DNA from: Lentisphaeria bacterium
GTDB taxonomy: Bacteria; Verrucomicrobiota; Lentisphaeria; JABSQK01; JAWLHB01
Assembly (NCBI GenBank): GCA_041690595.1
Contig: JAWLHB010000038.1
Location: forward strand, 1 to 64,000
Direction: 5' to 3'
DNA: 64,000 nt
The notes beneath the pieces are model-generated. The model was not told the DNA's origin and made no database searches. It was given only the letters and a program-made list of their open reading frames with translations. A program made the position numbers and the translations under genes. Numbering within the stretch: the stretch's first letter is position 1; each line of letters opens with the position of its first letter. Shown here one piece after another: positions 11,301-22,300 of this stretch.

Positions 11301-12007
11301 AGACCGGCTCCAATCTGGCACGTGCGCCTTTCATGGATCCACCACTCAAAATCGACGGCAAGGAGAACGACTGGCCAGCAGAGACAGCCATCCGCTGGAA
11401 CCGCGACGGTCAGTTTCCGGCGAGCGCGCGCCTTGGCTGGGACGCGGAGAATCTCTACCTCTTCTATGATATTCGTGATCAGAGTCCGTGGGTCAACAAT
11501 GGGGACGACTGGCGAAGCCTCTTCAAGACGGGCGATCTTGTCGATCTGCAACTGGCGACGGATGGGGCTGCCGATCCGCGCCGTCGCGAGGCCGCGGCTG
11601 GGGATGTGCGGCTGATCATCGCGCCATGGCGCGGGGAGCCGGTCGCGGTTCTCTATCGCTATGGGGCGAAGAATCAGGAGAACGCGGTCACCTTCAGCAG
11701 TCCATGGCGGAGTATTGTCGTGCCGTCGGTAACGCAGGTGGAGAGTGCGCGGATCAGCGTGGAGCGCGGCTCCGGGTGGTATCGCGTGGAGGCGGCGATA
11801 CCGCTGGCGGAGTTGGGGCTCGATCCCGCATCGGGAAGCTTGCGAGGTGACGTTGGGGTTCTCTTCGGCGACCCGGAGGGGACGCGAACATCGCTTCGCT
11901 CGTATTGGGCCAACCCGCATACGGGGCTGCTCTACGATGTGCCGGGGGAAGTGGCGATTACGCCCCAGGCGTGGGGCACCATTGACTTCAACGGGAGGAG
12001 ACCCTGA
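8381..12007 (+). CDS. Large secreted protein with FlgD Ig-like, beta-propeller and C-terminal CBM9/DOMON-like domains (paralog 1)
   Basis: Signal peptide; IEDGEGRRIRNL..WDGLDD (FlgD-like); NHL-like repeats; WVDANGDG; VHGSH; IDGKENDW..FKTGD..YWAN. Confidence 0.75.
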   Translation: MRNALMRPRLLLVVLAALLGGGVWGAEAFPRLPEEPIGDNWYQPLSEGLSPTVEMAVGRRQQNLVVVLRVAGGANEATLAIGARRSRIVSPAEQEAWQDGVLHRFVIPAADLVDEAGDWEALRLGARVVWGGGPHGVPRQMERFRVRDQRPPHAPLPDDHDQWAPFSLRQYVDTASGIGTIALAVEQPMDGKLTVVIEDGEGRRIRNLVGGIPAVKGTQRVTWDGLDDFGRMVSPGEYRWRSIHHPGITAEHLFNFANMNREEILAFGTNHGVYTAACANEAYVFLAASITEGGYALIALDAQGRWQKGFNEAHGAGYHGIAIAADGNYFYAAHDGVKVNRETDKSRPDWVVDGAVTLTRYEIASTRIVPYQRNAFATIESYRHGAGAESVATRDAVSLAGMTMLAGRLYVASRHAQALLVVDPESAAIEGRLALPEPGAVAVAGDRLVAVSSGAIVYVDPQSGELTPFVAAGVVDAAGLAVSRTGELFVSDRQSHTVRVFGAGGKEGPGYGLPGGAYSGPYVPERLVRPVGLVPFGSKLWVTEDRRNPKRVHAWDLERREVVHELFGNPPYGSPAGGFDPADPTRWLALRCGWRLDFENRTARIESVLQENAGHLGGRVPFPSNYRLFHRDGRLFVLGQGKANFLSELMADGSLRDLAMISYAHGLLYDMKWQPSPGFKEAFEGKFPKASVVKKYAGSNDWRNATIFWVDANGDGVDQAGEYQIGEAKERFDGSGWGLAFHDSTFRFIVEVPERGLVLASLEPEGYLPSGAPKYPPLRGAIEAAVPLRDHPAGTVIASHHSSLVDSRGNLVRNSEPYMTAYSPAGELLWHYPNRWVNVHGSHKAPLPSVGEMQGNLFFLGAGPLDEQSDVTMLNGNHGRFFVLTTDGFYLDEIFRDCRTGGPNDAQFVGGEPFGGVFGRADDGSWYLQTGSTGYRIYKVHGLDRIVRAEGRLEITPRQLELAAERRIQAPDAQTGSNLARAPFMDPPLKIDGKENDWPAETAIRWNRDGQFPASARLGWDAENLYLFYDIRDQSPWVNNGDDWRSLFKTGDLVDLQLATDGAADPRRREAAAGDVRLIIAPWRGEPVAVLYRYGAKNQENAVTFSSPWRSIVVPSVTQVESARISVERGSGWYRVEAAIPLAELGLDPASGSLRGDVGVLFGDPEGTRTSLRSYWANPHTGLLYDVPGEVAITPQAWGTIDFNGRRP

Positions 12008-13731
12008 TGCGCGGAGTCATCATCATTCTGGCCCTGCTGATGGCGGGGCAGTTGTCGGCAGACCTTGTCTGTGAAGGGGTTCTGGGCAATTCCGGCGAGG
12101 CGGGGGAAAGCCTGGCGCTGGGGAGCCGAGAAGGCACGGGTATCGGGGTGGCGCTGGACAGCCAGGGAACCTTGTGGACGCGGATTGCGCCGCGCACGCT
12201 GGCCCGCTTCACGGTTGACGGACGTCAGCTTGCCACCTATCCGCTGCCAACGGCCAAGCGGAATCAGGGAGACGAATTGACGATCGTCAACGACCTCCTG
12301 GTGCTGCTGATAGAGGGGCGTTTGTACACGCTGCCGATCGATGCCGAGCCGGGCAGCGCACCAGAGCTCTTGAACTTGACGGCCTTTCGCATGAGCAATA
12401 ATGGCGTTGACAACCAGTTGGCGCTTTGTCGAGAGGATGGCACGGTCCTGCTCTTCGATCCGGTGGCCGCGACGACGGCGCCATATATGACGGTCACGCT
12501 GGACAGGATTACCAGCATCGAGCGCACGCCGGATGGTGCGGTGTGGCTGGTGGATGGCAAGGGCATCGTTCACAAGTATGTGGCTGGCAAGGAAATCGAG
12601 GATGACACGTGGCCGCGAGAGACGACGGGACGGCGCGAGAATCCTTCCGCCGACATGTGCCACGCCAACGGTGCCTGGTATGGCTTCAGCTGGTATGGGA
12701 CCATTCGCCGCTATGATGCGCAGTTCGTGCCCGCACCCGGGGTGGCGATCGGGGGAAGCTCCGGCTGGTTCATCGGGACGGTTCCGGGGGACGCGGATCT
12801 CTCGCAGCCGCGCAACGTTATTCACCTGCGTGAGAATCTGTATGTGGCGTGCGGGGACAGCGGGGTGCTGATGGTGCTGCGATGGCTGCCTGAAGAGCAA
12901 CGGTTGACTCTCATGCGCAGGATCGGCGGTCATGGCGCCTCCAAAGGGATCGTTCTCGATCGTCAGGGGCGCATCTTCGACGGTCACGGCGTCTGGCATT
13001 GGGAGGATGGGCCGGCGACTCCACAACGTCATGGCTTCTTTGCGCGCCCTGCCGGTGAGCTGATGCTATTGCCTGGCGACAAGGTGACCGGTCCCGGACT
13101 CCGCTATGCGGATCGCCCGGTCTGGATCTATGGCGACCTCGGCAACAAGCCGGAAAATCGCGGCTACGAGCCGGGCGTCGGGCTGAAGGAGAAGGGGGTG
13201 GCATCGGCGTTGATGGTGAAGGACAACCGCTTTTACGCGCTGCTGCTCGAGCCCGACGGCAAGGGGGGCGAGTATCGTGTCGGCCCTGACGGTGCCGTCT
13301 ATCAGCGCGAGCGTGATCTGATTCTGGAGACCGCGGAGACGGTGAAGGAGTGGCACTCTCTCGCTTGGCTGGACGGTCTTCTGTACGCAGCCGCGGATGG
13401 CATGATCGTGGAGTTCAGCCGCGACGGCGATGTCTGGCGTGAGCAGAAGCGTTGGCAGAGCTGGGGGGAAGGCGAGGGTCAGCGTTTCGGAGGGAAGCTC
13501 CACCTTGCCGCGGACCAGGGGCGCCTCTGGGTGCTGGACAGCGAGAGGCACCGTTTGCTCGTCTTTTCTGCCGTCGACCGTCAATTGGTCGCCACTTTCG
13601 GTGCGAGCGACCAGCCGGGCGCGGAGCTGACGCAGCTTCGGTCGCCAACCACGCTTTACGTTGCCGGCAACCGCGCCATCGTGGGTGATACCGGCAACTA
13701 CCGCCTCCTCAAATTGAACCTCACGAAGTGA
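12007..13731 (+). CDS. Secreted beta-propeller (NHL-like) protein
   Basis: Signal peptide; repeated propeller blades ending in LWVLDSERHRLLVF and IVGDTGNYRL; overlaps the upstream stop. Confidence 0.7.
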   Translation: MRGVIIILALLMAGQLSADLVCEGVLGNSGEAGESLALGSREGTGIGVALDSQGTLWTRIAPRTLARFTVDGRQLATYPLPTAKRNQGDELTIVNDLLVLLIEGRLYTLPIDAEPGSAPELLNLTAFRMSNNGVDNQLALCREDGTVLLFDPVAATTAPYMTVTLDRITSIERTPDGAVWLVDGKGIVHKYVAGKEIEDDTWPRETTGRRENPSADMCHANGAWYGFSWYGTIRRYDAQFVPAPGVAIGGSSGWFIGTVPGDADLSQPRNVIHLRENLYVACGDSGVLMVLRWLPEEQRLTLMRRIGGHGASKGIVLDRQGRIFDGHGVWHWEDGPATPQRHGFFARPAGELMLLPGDKVTGPGLRYADRPVWIYGDLGNKPENRGYEPGVGLKEKGVASALMVKDNRFYALLLEPDGKGGEYRVGPDGAVYQRERDLILETAETVKEWHSLAWLDGLLYAAADGMIVEFSRDGDVWREQKRWQSWGEGEGQRFGGKLHLAADQGRLWVLDSERHRLLVFSAVDRQLVATFGASDQPGAELTQLRSPTTLYVAGNRAIVGDTGNYRLLKLNLTK

Positions 13732-13754
13732 CCAGAACCCGAAGGGAGTACGAG

Positions 13755-16700
13755 ATGAAGATTGTGCCACGGTACGCTTGTTTGGCCTTGATCATGGTGC
13801 TGTTGCCCTCATTGCCGATATGGGCGGGCGAGAACATGATCGGGCGTCAGAGCCAGAATGAAGGGCTGCCGCTGCTGCCGGTGCCCGGAGCGGTCAGCAT
13901 CGACGGCAACCTCGACGACTGGGACTTTTCGGGGCGCATCTGGATCTTTGCGGAGCAGAGCGTTCGGAACCGGTACTCCGCTGAAGTGGGGGGGATGTGG
14001 GACAAGGAATACCTGTACATCGCGGCCAAATGGCGGGACCCGAGCCCGATGCACAACACGATCGATCCGGACTTCAATCCGTCCAGCGGCTGGAAATCGG
14101 ACTCGATCCAGATGCGCGTGCGGACGGAGGATCAGATCAGCTGGCTGACGACCTGGTACTTCACGCCTCGTCAGCAGCCGGTCTTTCACCTGGCGGTGTG
14201 GGAAGATATGCGGAACCACCGCTCTGGTATCGCGGAGCAGCTTTTTGTGGCCGAAGCGGGTGGCACAGTTCTGGGAAGCGGCATTGAGATGGCGTATCGC
14301 CAGAATGAAGAGGGGGACGGCTTTGTCCAGGAGATCCGCATCCCGTGGGCGTTGTTGTTCAGGGCGGAGCCGCGGTTGGAAGCCGGGGCCGTGGTGCGGA
14401 TTGGCTTCGAATTTCTCTGGGGCGATCCCACCGGCAACACCTGGCCGACGCATCGCTATGCCGACAACATGCAGCCGGGTGCGACCAGCCGCGAGTTCTT
14501 CTGGAGCGCATGGAAATCCTGGGGCGATGCCACCCTGCTTGCCAAAGGCAATGTGGAGCCGCGCCGCTACATCTCGGACGCGGCGCGCATCGACGGCAGC
14601 ATTCCCATCCGCGTCGAGCTGCCAAAGTCGGCGGCGCGCTTCACGCTGGCCATCGAGGGCGCGGATGGCAGCCGGGTGCGCAACCTGGCGGGCGACCTGA
14701 TGCCGGAGGATTACCTGGTCGAAGAGCGCGACACCACTCGCGTCGTCGAAGTGAAGTGGGATGGTCTGGACGAGTCTGGCCAGTTGGTTGCGCCGGGATC
14801 CTACCAGGTGCGTGGCCTTTATCACGACGGCTTGGGCGCCGAGTACGAGATGACCTTTTACAATCCGGGGACACCGCCCTGGCCGATCAGCGACGGGAGC
14901 GGCGCCTGGGGAGCGGATCACGTGCCGCCGCTGCGGGTAGCCGCTGCAGGCGACTGGATGATCGCGTCCTGGTCCTTCGCGGAGGGGGGAAGCGGCATTA
15001 TCGGCGTCGATCCGAATGGCTTCAAAAAGTGGGGCGAGAAGCGGGGCGCGACCTTGCTCGCGGCGGACGACCAGTTCGTCTATGGCACTCCCGCCAGTTG
15101 GCATATCAAGCATGACGTTCTTATTCGCCTTGCCAGCGCGGATGGCGCCTACCGACCCTTCACGCTCAACGGCAAGGAGCGGCCCTTCGAGCTGCCGCTG
15201 GCGGATATCGTCGGGAGCGCAGATTGGAAGCCGGTGGACATGGTGGCGACCAGAAGCCACCTGATCGTGTTGCTGGCGCCGGTAGACGAGGCGGGCACCC
15301 AGAGCCGCATCGTCTGGCTGGACAAGGAATCCGCGGAGATGCGTCGCAGCCTGGACTTGCCGTTGATGACAACGATCGCCGCCGGCTCGAATGGGGAACT
15401 CTTTGCGCACGACGGCAAGCGAGTGGTGAGCATTGGGCAGAATGGTGCGCTCACGACGCTGACGCCGGTCGGACTGGAGGCACCGGGTCCGATGACGCTG
15501 GACGGCGCCGGCCGGCTGCTGATCATGGATCAGGGGAGCGACCTGCAGGTGAAGGCCTTCAACAGCGACGGCACCCTTGCCTATACCTGCGGCAAGAAGG
15601 GCGGACGGCCTCTGCGTGGAACCTTCGACACGGCGGGCATGCGTGATGTCAGCTCCATTGCCGTGGACAGCAAGGGAGAGGTCTGGGTGGTGGAGAGCAG
15701 CAACTATCCCCGCCGAATATCCGTCTGGAACCCGACCGATGGGAGCCTGGTCCGCCATTACGTGGGGACGACGGCCTATGCGGGCTCCGGCAGCTACCTT
15801 CATGATAGCAATCCCGATCTGGCTTATGTCGGGCCGATCGAGATGAAGCTGAACAAGGCGGAACGCAGCTGGGACGTGACGCGGGTGCTTTGGGTTCCTG
15901 ACAAGGCGGCGGGGGAGACGTTCGAGATCGATCCGGGGCACCATGCGCAATGCCAACGCTTCACCGCCACGGTCAACGGGCAGGCGCGCGAGTATCTCTA
16001 CTCGCCCCCGTATCGCGACTACAGCGGCCACACGATCTACATGGAAACGGCGGCCGGCTGGCAGCCGGTCAGCGCCATCGTGTCGGTCGGCGCCATGTGC
16101 AATGCGCTCGACGGGCATGCAAATCTGAAGGGAGAGCTGTGGCCCGAATTTGCCGACTGCCATCCCTTCGATGCGGTCTTCTGGAATGACGGCAACGGCG
16201 ACGGCAAGCCTCAACGCGCCGAATGCGAGGTCGTGAAGTGGGATGGGGAGCGGGGCAAGCGTGATCAGCGGAGTCTGCCGATCCCGATGGGCAGCGGCTG
16301 GGGACAACGCATTACGACGGACTTCGTCTTCTATGTCAATGGGTTGGCACGTTACACGCCGCTTCGGTTCACGGCGGAAGGTGCGCCTGTGTATGGGCCG
16401 GATAGCCTGCAGCGCCTGGATATTGACGATCGCGGCGATCTCATTCCCGTTCCCGAGGAGGAGCTGCTGCTCTGCCTGAGCTGGAAAGGCTATGCCGGGC
16501 CGACGGGGCTCTACGGCTATGAGCCGGAGACGGGCAAAACGCGCTGGAAGTATGCCAACCCGTATCCCGGGGTACATGGTTCGCACCGGGCCACAATGCC
16601 GGCGCCTGGTCTGCTTATCGGCCCGCTGAAGATCGCCGGCGTCGCCAGGATCAACGACGAGATTGGCCGGGTCTTCCTGATGCGTGGCAATCTGGGCCAG

Positions 16701-17735
16701 GACTTTCTGATGACGACGGACGGGCTCTTCGTCGGCTCCATGTTCGAGGATGGGCGTCTGCCAGGCGAGTCGCTACCGGATACGGAAGCCGCGCTGATCG
16801 GGAGGCCAATGGAGAGCTTCTCGAACGGCGGCGAACCCTTCAATGGCTGGTTCGGCAAACAGGCCGATGGCAAGATCCGCCTGACCAATGGCTTTCCGCG
16901 TCAGGCTGCGATGATTCTTACGGTCAATGGTCTGGAGTCGATACGCCGCTTCGCGCTGGGAGAGATCCAGCTCACGGCAGAAGAGCTGACAGCGGCCGAT
17001 GCCGATAACCAGGCCCGGGCCATCGCGGATGCGCCGCCGCGCGAGTATACGGTGCAGACCTTCGACGTGCCCTTGCGTCTCACCGGCAGCAACCGGGGCT
17101 GGGAAGGGGTGCCGGAGGTGGTAATCGAACGCAGCGGCTTCCCGCTCAAGGGCAAGGCGCGCCTGGGGCTCGATGCGGAGAATCTCTACCTGCTGTACGA
17201 GATCGAAGACGACTCACCGTGGATCAATGAGGGGAAGGACTATTCGCGGCTCTTCAAGACGGGGGACGCAGTCGACCTGCAGTTGGGTGTGGATCCCGAA
17301 GCGAAGGCCGATCGTCGCAATCCCGTGCGTGGAGACCTTCGCCTGGTGATCGGCAAGCTCGACGGCAAGCCGGTGGTGGTGCTGATGAAGCCGGTCGACC
17401 CCGACGCCTCGGCAGAGTTGGCCCTCGACTATTCGTCGCCGGTGGCTCCCAAGCATTTCGATCGGGTGGAGATTTTGGGGGCGGCGCAGGTCAAGGTGAC
17501 GGCGGGCGCGACCAGCTACACGGTGGAAGCGGCAGTGCCCCTTGCGGCACTTGGTCTGCAGCCCGTGAGCGGCATGCGCCTGGGTGTCGACTTCGGCTTC
17601 ATCTCGTCCGACAAGAGTGGCTCGATCAATACGGCCCGCACCTACTGGTCGAACAAGGATACGAATCTGGTGAACGACTTGCCGCAGGAGGCATGGTTTT
17701 CTCCGGCGAAATGGGGTACGCTAATCGTTCCGTAA
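13755..17735 (+). CDS. Large secreted protein with CBM9-like, FlgD Ig-like, beta-propeller and CBM9-like domains (paralog 2)
   Basis: GGGAG SD before ATG 13755; signal peptide; IDGNLDDW; VRNL..WDGLDE; WGADH; WNDGNGDG; VHGSH; GGEPFNG; FKTGD..YWSN. Confidence 0.75.
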   Translation: MKIVPRYACLALIMVLLPSLPIWAGENMIGRQSQNEGLPLLPVPGAVSIDGNLDDWDFSGRIWIFAEQSVRNRYSAEVGGMWDKEYLYIAAKWRDPSPMHNTIDPDFNPSSGWKSDSIQMRVRTEDQISWLTTWYFTPRQQPVFHLAVWEDMRNHRSGIAEQLFVAEAGGTVLGSGIEMAYRQNEEGDGFVQEIRIPWALLFRAEPRLEAGAVVRIGFEFLWGDPTGNTWPTHRYADNMQPGATSREFFWSAWKSWGDATLLAKGNVEPRRYISDAARIDGSIPIRVELPKSAARFTLAIEGADGSRVRNLAGDLMPEDYLVEERDTTRVVEVKWDGLDESGQLVAPGSYQVRGLYHDGLGAEYEMTFYNPGTPPWPISDGSGAWGADHVPPLRVAAAGDWMIASWSFAEGGSGIIGVDPNGFKKWGEKRGATLLAADDQFVYGTPASWHIKHDVLIRLASADGAYRPFTLNGKERPFELPLADIVGSADWKPVDMVATRSHLIVLLAPVDEAGTQSRIVWLDKESAEMRRSLDLPLMTTIAAGSNGELFAHDGKRVVSIGQNGALTTLTPVGLEAPGPMTLDGAGRLLIMDQGSDLQVKAFNSDGTLAYTCGKKGGRPLRGTFDTAGMRDVSSIAVDSKGEVWVVESSNYPRRISVWNPTDGSLVRHYVGTTAYAGSGSYLHDSNPDLAYVGPIEMKLNKAERSWDVTRVLWVPDKAAGETFEIDPGHHAQCQRFTATVNGQAREYLYSPPYRDYSGHTIYMETAAGWQPVSAIVSVGAMCNALDGHANLKGELWPEFADCHPFDAVFWNDGNGDGKPQRAECEVVKWDGERGKRDQRSLPIPMGSGWGQRITTDFVFYVNGLARYTPLRFTAEGAPVYGPDSLQRLDIDDRGDLIPVPEEELLLCLSWKGYAGPTGLYGYEPETGKTRWKYANPYPGVHGSHRATMPAPGLLIGPLKIAGVARINDEIGRVFLMRGNLGQDFLMTTDGLFVGSMFEDGRLPGESLPDTEAALIGRPMESFSNGGEPFNGWFGKQADGKIRLTNGFPRQAAMILTVNGLESIRRFALGEIQLTAEELTAADADNQARAIADAPPREYTVQTFDVPLRLTGSNRGWEGVPEVVIERSGFPLKGKARLGLDAENLYLLYEIEDDSPWINEGKDYSRLFKTGDAVDLQLGVDPEAKADRRNPVRGDLRLVIGKLDGKPVVVLMKPVDPDASAELALDYSSPVAPKHFDRVEILGAAQVKVTAGATSYTVEAAVPLAALGLQPVSGMRLGVDFGFISSDKSGSINTARTYWSNKDTNLVNDLPQEAWFSPAKWGTLIVP

Positions 17736-17757
17736 ACCATCATCTCAGGAGTCATTC

Positions 17758-19341
17758 ATGCACGAAGCATCAGCGGATATTGTCATCATCGGCGGCGGAA
17801 CAGGGGGTATCGCGGCGGCACTCGGGGCGCTTTCCATGGGCCATCGGGTCATCATGACGGAGGAAACGGACTGGCTGGGGGGGCAATTGACCGCCCAGGC
17901 CGTGCCGCCGGATGAGCATCCATGGATCGAGATGTGCGGCTGCACCGATCGCTATCGCGCCTATCGCAACGGGGTGCGCCAGTACTATCGCGACCATTAT
18001 CCGCTGACGGCGGAAGCACGGGCCAATCCGCGGCTGAATCCCGGTAACGGCCTGGTTTCGAGGCTGTGCCATGAGTTCACCGTGGGCGTGGCGGTGATCG
18101 ACCAGATGCTTGGCTGGCATCGCAGCCGGGGCGATCTGAAGGTTCTCATGCGCCATCGGCCCATCGCGGCGGCAAGCGAGGGCGACCGGGTGACCAGCGT
18201 GACCGTGCGGAATCTGGAGAATGGTGCCGACCTGACCCTGTCGGGGGCCTATATCCTGGACGCGACGGAGCTTGGTGACCTGCTGGCGCTGGCGGGAGTC
18301 GAGTACGTAAGTGGCGCGGAGAGTCAGGACGACACGGGCGAACCACACGCGGTGGTGGGGCCGGCCCAGCCGGAGAATGTTCAGTCCTTTACCTGGTGCA
18401 TGGCACTCGGTTATGACCCGGATGGCGAGCATGTCATCGAGAAGCCGGCGCAGTATGACTATTGGCGTTCGTATGAGCCGGAGCTGACTCCGCCGTGGAC
18501 GAACAAGCTGCTGAGCTGGCAGCAGATCCATCCGATCACCCTGGAGTCGATCGAGAAGGTGCTGATGCCGGATGAAGCTGACAGTTCCCGCTGGCCTCTG
18601 TGGCTCTACCGGCGGATTGCGTGTCGCGACCATTATGCGCCGGGAGCCCGGCCACACGAAGCGACGCTGATGAACTGGCCGATGAACGACTACTGGTGCG
18701 GCAACATCATCGACGCCCCGGAAGCAGAGGTGCAGCGCCACTTGGAAGCTTCCAGGGAGCTGACCTTGAGCATGCTCTACTGGATGCAGACGGAGGCGCC
18801 GCGCGCCAAGGGTGGAACCGGCTATCCGGGGCTCTATCCGCTCCCGGAGATGACCGGCACCGCCGATGGTCTGGCCAAGTATCCCTACATTCGCGAGTCA
18901 CGCCGTATTCGGGCGCTTTTCACGGTGACGGAGAACCATGTGGGCGAGGAAGCGCGCGACAACCGCCCCGCGGAGCGCTTCCCGGACAGTGTGGGCGTGG
19001 GCTACTACCGCATCGATCTCCACCCGAGTTCGAATGGCACCAACTATATCGACATCGCCAGCAAGCCCTTCCAGATACCGCTCGGATCCCTGATCCCGCA
19101 ACGGGTCGAGAACCTGCTGCCGGCATGCAAGAATCTGGGCGTGACACATATCACCAACGGCTGCTATCGCCTGCATCCGGTGGAATGGAACATCGGCGAA
19201 TCCGCCGGCATCCTCGCCGCCTTCTGTCTCAAACACAACACCAGCCCTCGCGCCGTGCTCGCGGATGCGACGCTGCTCCGCGATTATCAGGCGGTGCTGC
19301 AGGCGCAGGGCGTCGAATTGGAGTGGCCCGACCCTGTATGA
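17758..19341 (+). CDS. FAD-dependent oxidoreductase (PF12831-like)
   Basis: IIGGGTGG dinucleotide-binding motif; LGGQLT, DATELGDL, YIRESRR and YRLHPVEWNIGE motifs. Confidence 0.9.
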   Translation: MHEASADIVIIGGGTGGIAAALGALSMGHRVIMTEETDWLGGQLTAQAVPPDEHPWIEMCGCTDRYRAYRNGVRQYYRDHYPLTAEARANPRLNPGNGLVSRLCHEFTVGVAVIDQMLGWHRSRGDLKVLMRHRPIAAASEGDRVTSVTVRNLENGADLTLSGAYILDATELGDLLALAGVEYVSGAESQDDTGEPHAVVGPAQPENVQSFTWCMALGYDPDGEHVIEKPAQYDYWRSYEPELTPPWTNKLLSWQQIHPITLESIEKVLMPDEADSSRWPLWLYRRIACRDHYAPGARPHEATLMNWPMNDYWCGNIIDAPEAEVQRHLEASRELTLSMLYWMQTEAPRAKGGTGYPGLYPLPEMTGTADGLAKYPYIRESRRIRALFTVTENHVGEEARDNRPAERFPDSVGVGYYRIDLHPSSNGTNYIDIASKPFQIPLGSLIPQRVENLLPACKNLGVTHITNGCYRLHPVEWNIGESAGILAAFCLKHNTSPRAVLADATLLRDYQAVLQAQGVELEWPDPV

Positions 19342-22300
19342 AGCGTCTCCTGTGCCTGATGACGATCGTGTGCGGCATTTGTGGATGGTCCGCCGACTTC
19401 TTCACCGACGACGGGCTATTTGCCCCGGTGCAGGCGGACGCCAAGGTGGATCTGGCATCGAGCCGGGCGCTGCCGGGTGACGTGGCGGCGTTGCCGGGCG
19501 TCCTTCGCCTGCAGAAGCGTGGTCATCATCGGGCATGGGTGGCAACCAGCAAGGATCCGGCCACCTTTCATTTCGTGCTTAGCTTTCGGGAACCACAGGC
19601 TGTGGGTTCCTGCATGTTCGTCGGTGACTATGAGCTGAGCTATCTGAAGGGGGGCGCCCCGAACGATCCGAACGACGAGAGTCACTGGATCGCGGTGGCC
19701 TATCCGGGCGAGGCGAAGCGGCTGGTACGCGTCGTGCCGTTGCCGGTGGGCATCACAACCCAGGCGTTGCGCTTGAGCGCGCCGGGGCAGGCGACGCCGG
19801 CCGGTGAGTATCGGCGGGAGCTTGCTCTCTTCACCGCGTGGCGCGATCGCCTCGTCAACATCGCTCCCGAAGCTGCTATCAGGGTGAGTTCCAGCTACAA
19901 GCCCGCCGGCGGCTTCCGTCCGGACCCGCGCCGTTCATCGCCGGAGAGTCTGCTCGACGGTTCGCTGGCCGCGAGGAATTGGGAGAGCGCCACAAGAGAT
20001 GTGCCCATATCGCCTGAGGCGCCGGAGTGGCTGATGCTGGACTGGGGGCAACCGCGGAGCATGCGCGGCCTGAACCTGCTCATCGGTTCATCGCAGTCGG
20101 GGGCTGGGCAGATCCTGATCCAGGCTTTTCGGGGCGATGGGGATCCGGATCCTGGCGTCGATGCGGGGTGGGAACTCCTGACGGAGATGAAGCCCCAGCG
20201 TACGTGGCGACCACCCACTTGCTGGGAGGTGACGACCGACTTCGGCCGCGATGTCTCCACGCGCGCCTTGCGGCTGCTGGTCCTCTCCGGTACGCCCGAG
20301 GCGCAGTCCGGGGGCGAACAGAGCAACCTGACCTCCATTGGCTTCGGCGAGATCATCGTGGTCGAGGCGCTGGGCGATGGTCCGGCGAGGCGGATTGTCC
20401 GCCAGGCTGGTGGCCCCGAAGGTGTGGTGCCCATTCGCTTCACGATGCCGGCAGCCGGGAAGGCCTCGATCCGCATTGTCGACCCGCAGGGTGCGATTGT
20501 ATGCAATCTGGTGAACGGCGAGTCCTTCGATGCCGGCGAACAGACGGTCTGGTGGGATCTGGCGACGATCGATGACTACTGGCCGCCCTACGAGCGTCCG
20601 GAGAAACGCGGCTACGTGGTGCCGGATGGCACGGCGCTGATCGCGTTGCCGGGTGGCTACCGGTGGGAGGGGATCTGGCACCCCGGTCTGGGGCTCGAGT
20701 ATCTCTACTCCTACTATCCCGAGAAGAAGCACGGCCTGGCGTGGACGACGGCGGACACGACGGGCGGATGGTTGGCGGATCATCAGCCCCCGCAGACCAT
20801 CGTGCGCGTGGGTGACCGAATGTGGGCGGGGACCTTTTGTGAAGGTGGGCATGCCATCCTGGAAGCGGATCTGGACATGCGCAAGCTGTGGGGCTCGGGA
20901 CGGATCTGGCTGGCTTGCCCGAGGGTCATGGCGGTCAGCGACGATCGCATCTACTATCTGGAGCAGGGCGGATGGGCGAAGAAGGTGGTGATGATCGAGG
21001 TCGACCCGGCGACCAAGCGCTCGCGCCGATTGCTCGGGCGGGAGATCGCCAAGGATGAGGTGCTGGACATCCAGGGGCTGGCGGTAGTCGGCACCCGCGC
21101 CTTCATCGCGGATCGGGCCAATGACCGTCTCATCATCGTCGATATGACCGACAATCTGGGGGCCGCCGCGGGGGAGTTTTCCTGGGATATCGCCTACAAG
21201 CTGCGGGAGCATGAGCAGATGAAGGAGATGGGCTCCATCGAGCTTCGCAAGCCGGGACGGATCCGGCCGTATGGCCAAGGGCACCTGGCTGTGGTCAGCG
21301 ACACCACCGTGCAGCTGCTCGATCTGGAGAGCCTGACGCTGAAGCCGCTCGTGACCGGGCTGACCAACCCGCTGGGGCTGGCGGTCGACGAGCTGCGCAA
21401 CGTCTATGTCGGCGAGATGGAACCGGTACACCAGGTGAAGGTCTTCAATGTCGACGGCAATCTGGTGCGGAGCGTCGGGAAGGTGGGGCCGCATCGGTTG
21501 GGGACGTTCGATCGCGACAATCTGGAGAGCCCAGCGGGCGTCGAGGTCGATGCAGCCGGCAACATCTGGGTCTGCGAGCTGAATCACAGCCTCAAGCGGA
21601 CGAGTCTCTGGGACAAGCAGGGGCGCTGTATCAATCAGGTGCTGGGACCGACGATTTACGGCGGCGGCGGGGACATCGATCCACGCAACGAGAACCGCTT
21701 CTGGTATCAGGGGAAGGAGTTCGAGCGCGACCCGGTCACCGGCGCCATCGCCATGACGCGCCTGGTGTGGCGGGCGGATGATGACTCCTTCGATCATTTC
21801 TTCGGGGGGGCATCGCACAACTTCGGGGGGCGCGCGCCGGCGTATCCCTTCTACCACAACGGGCGGCTCTTCTTCACCAGCTGGCAGGGATGGGCGGCGG
21901 GTCGCACCACGACGTTGTGGCGCCATGATCCCGATGGCATGCGCCCGGTCGCCGCGGTCGGAACGCCGCCGGCGTGGTTCGGTGAACGTTTCCCGGAGCT
22001 GGCCGCCGGCGCGGTCTTTGCGTGGACGGATCGCAACGGTGATGGCATTGCCCAGCGCGAGGAGGTGGAGGCTGGGCCGATCACACTGAACGACAAGCCG
22101 TGGAAGCAGGTGGGCGCACAGTGGCAGTTCCTGATGAACGAGCACTTCGTGGTTGCGGTCACCGACGCGAGCTACAATGAGGCGGCAGTGGCGTGGTTCC
22201 ATCCGGCATCGTTCACCGCGGAAGGGTACCCAGTCTATGAGCTGCCGACGAAGTTGCTGCCGGTGCCGATCGAGGGGCTGCGCCATTCGGCTGATGCGAT

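Noticed and set aside
18600..19337. N-terminal extension of the 1650-aa ORF
   Set aside because: It overlaps the FAD oxidoreductase; the signal peptide and ATGA coupling indicate a start at 19338.
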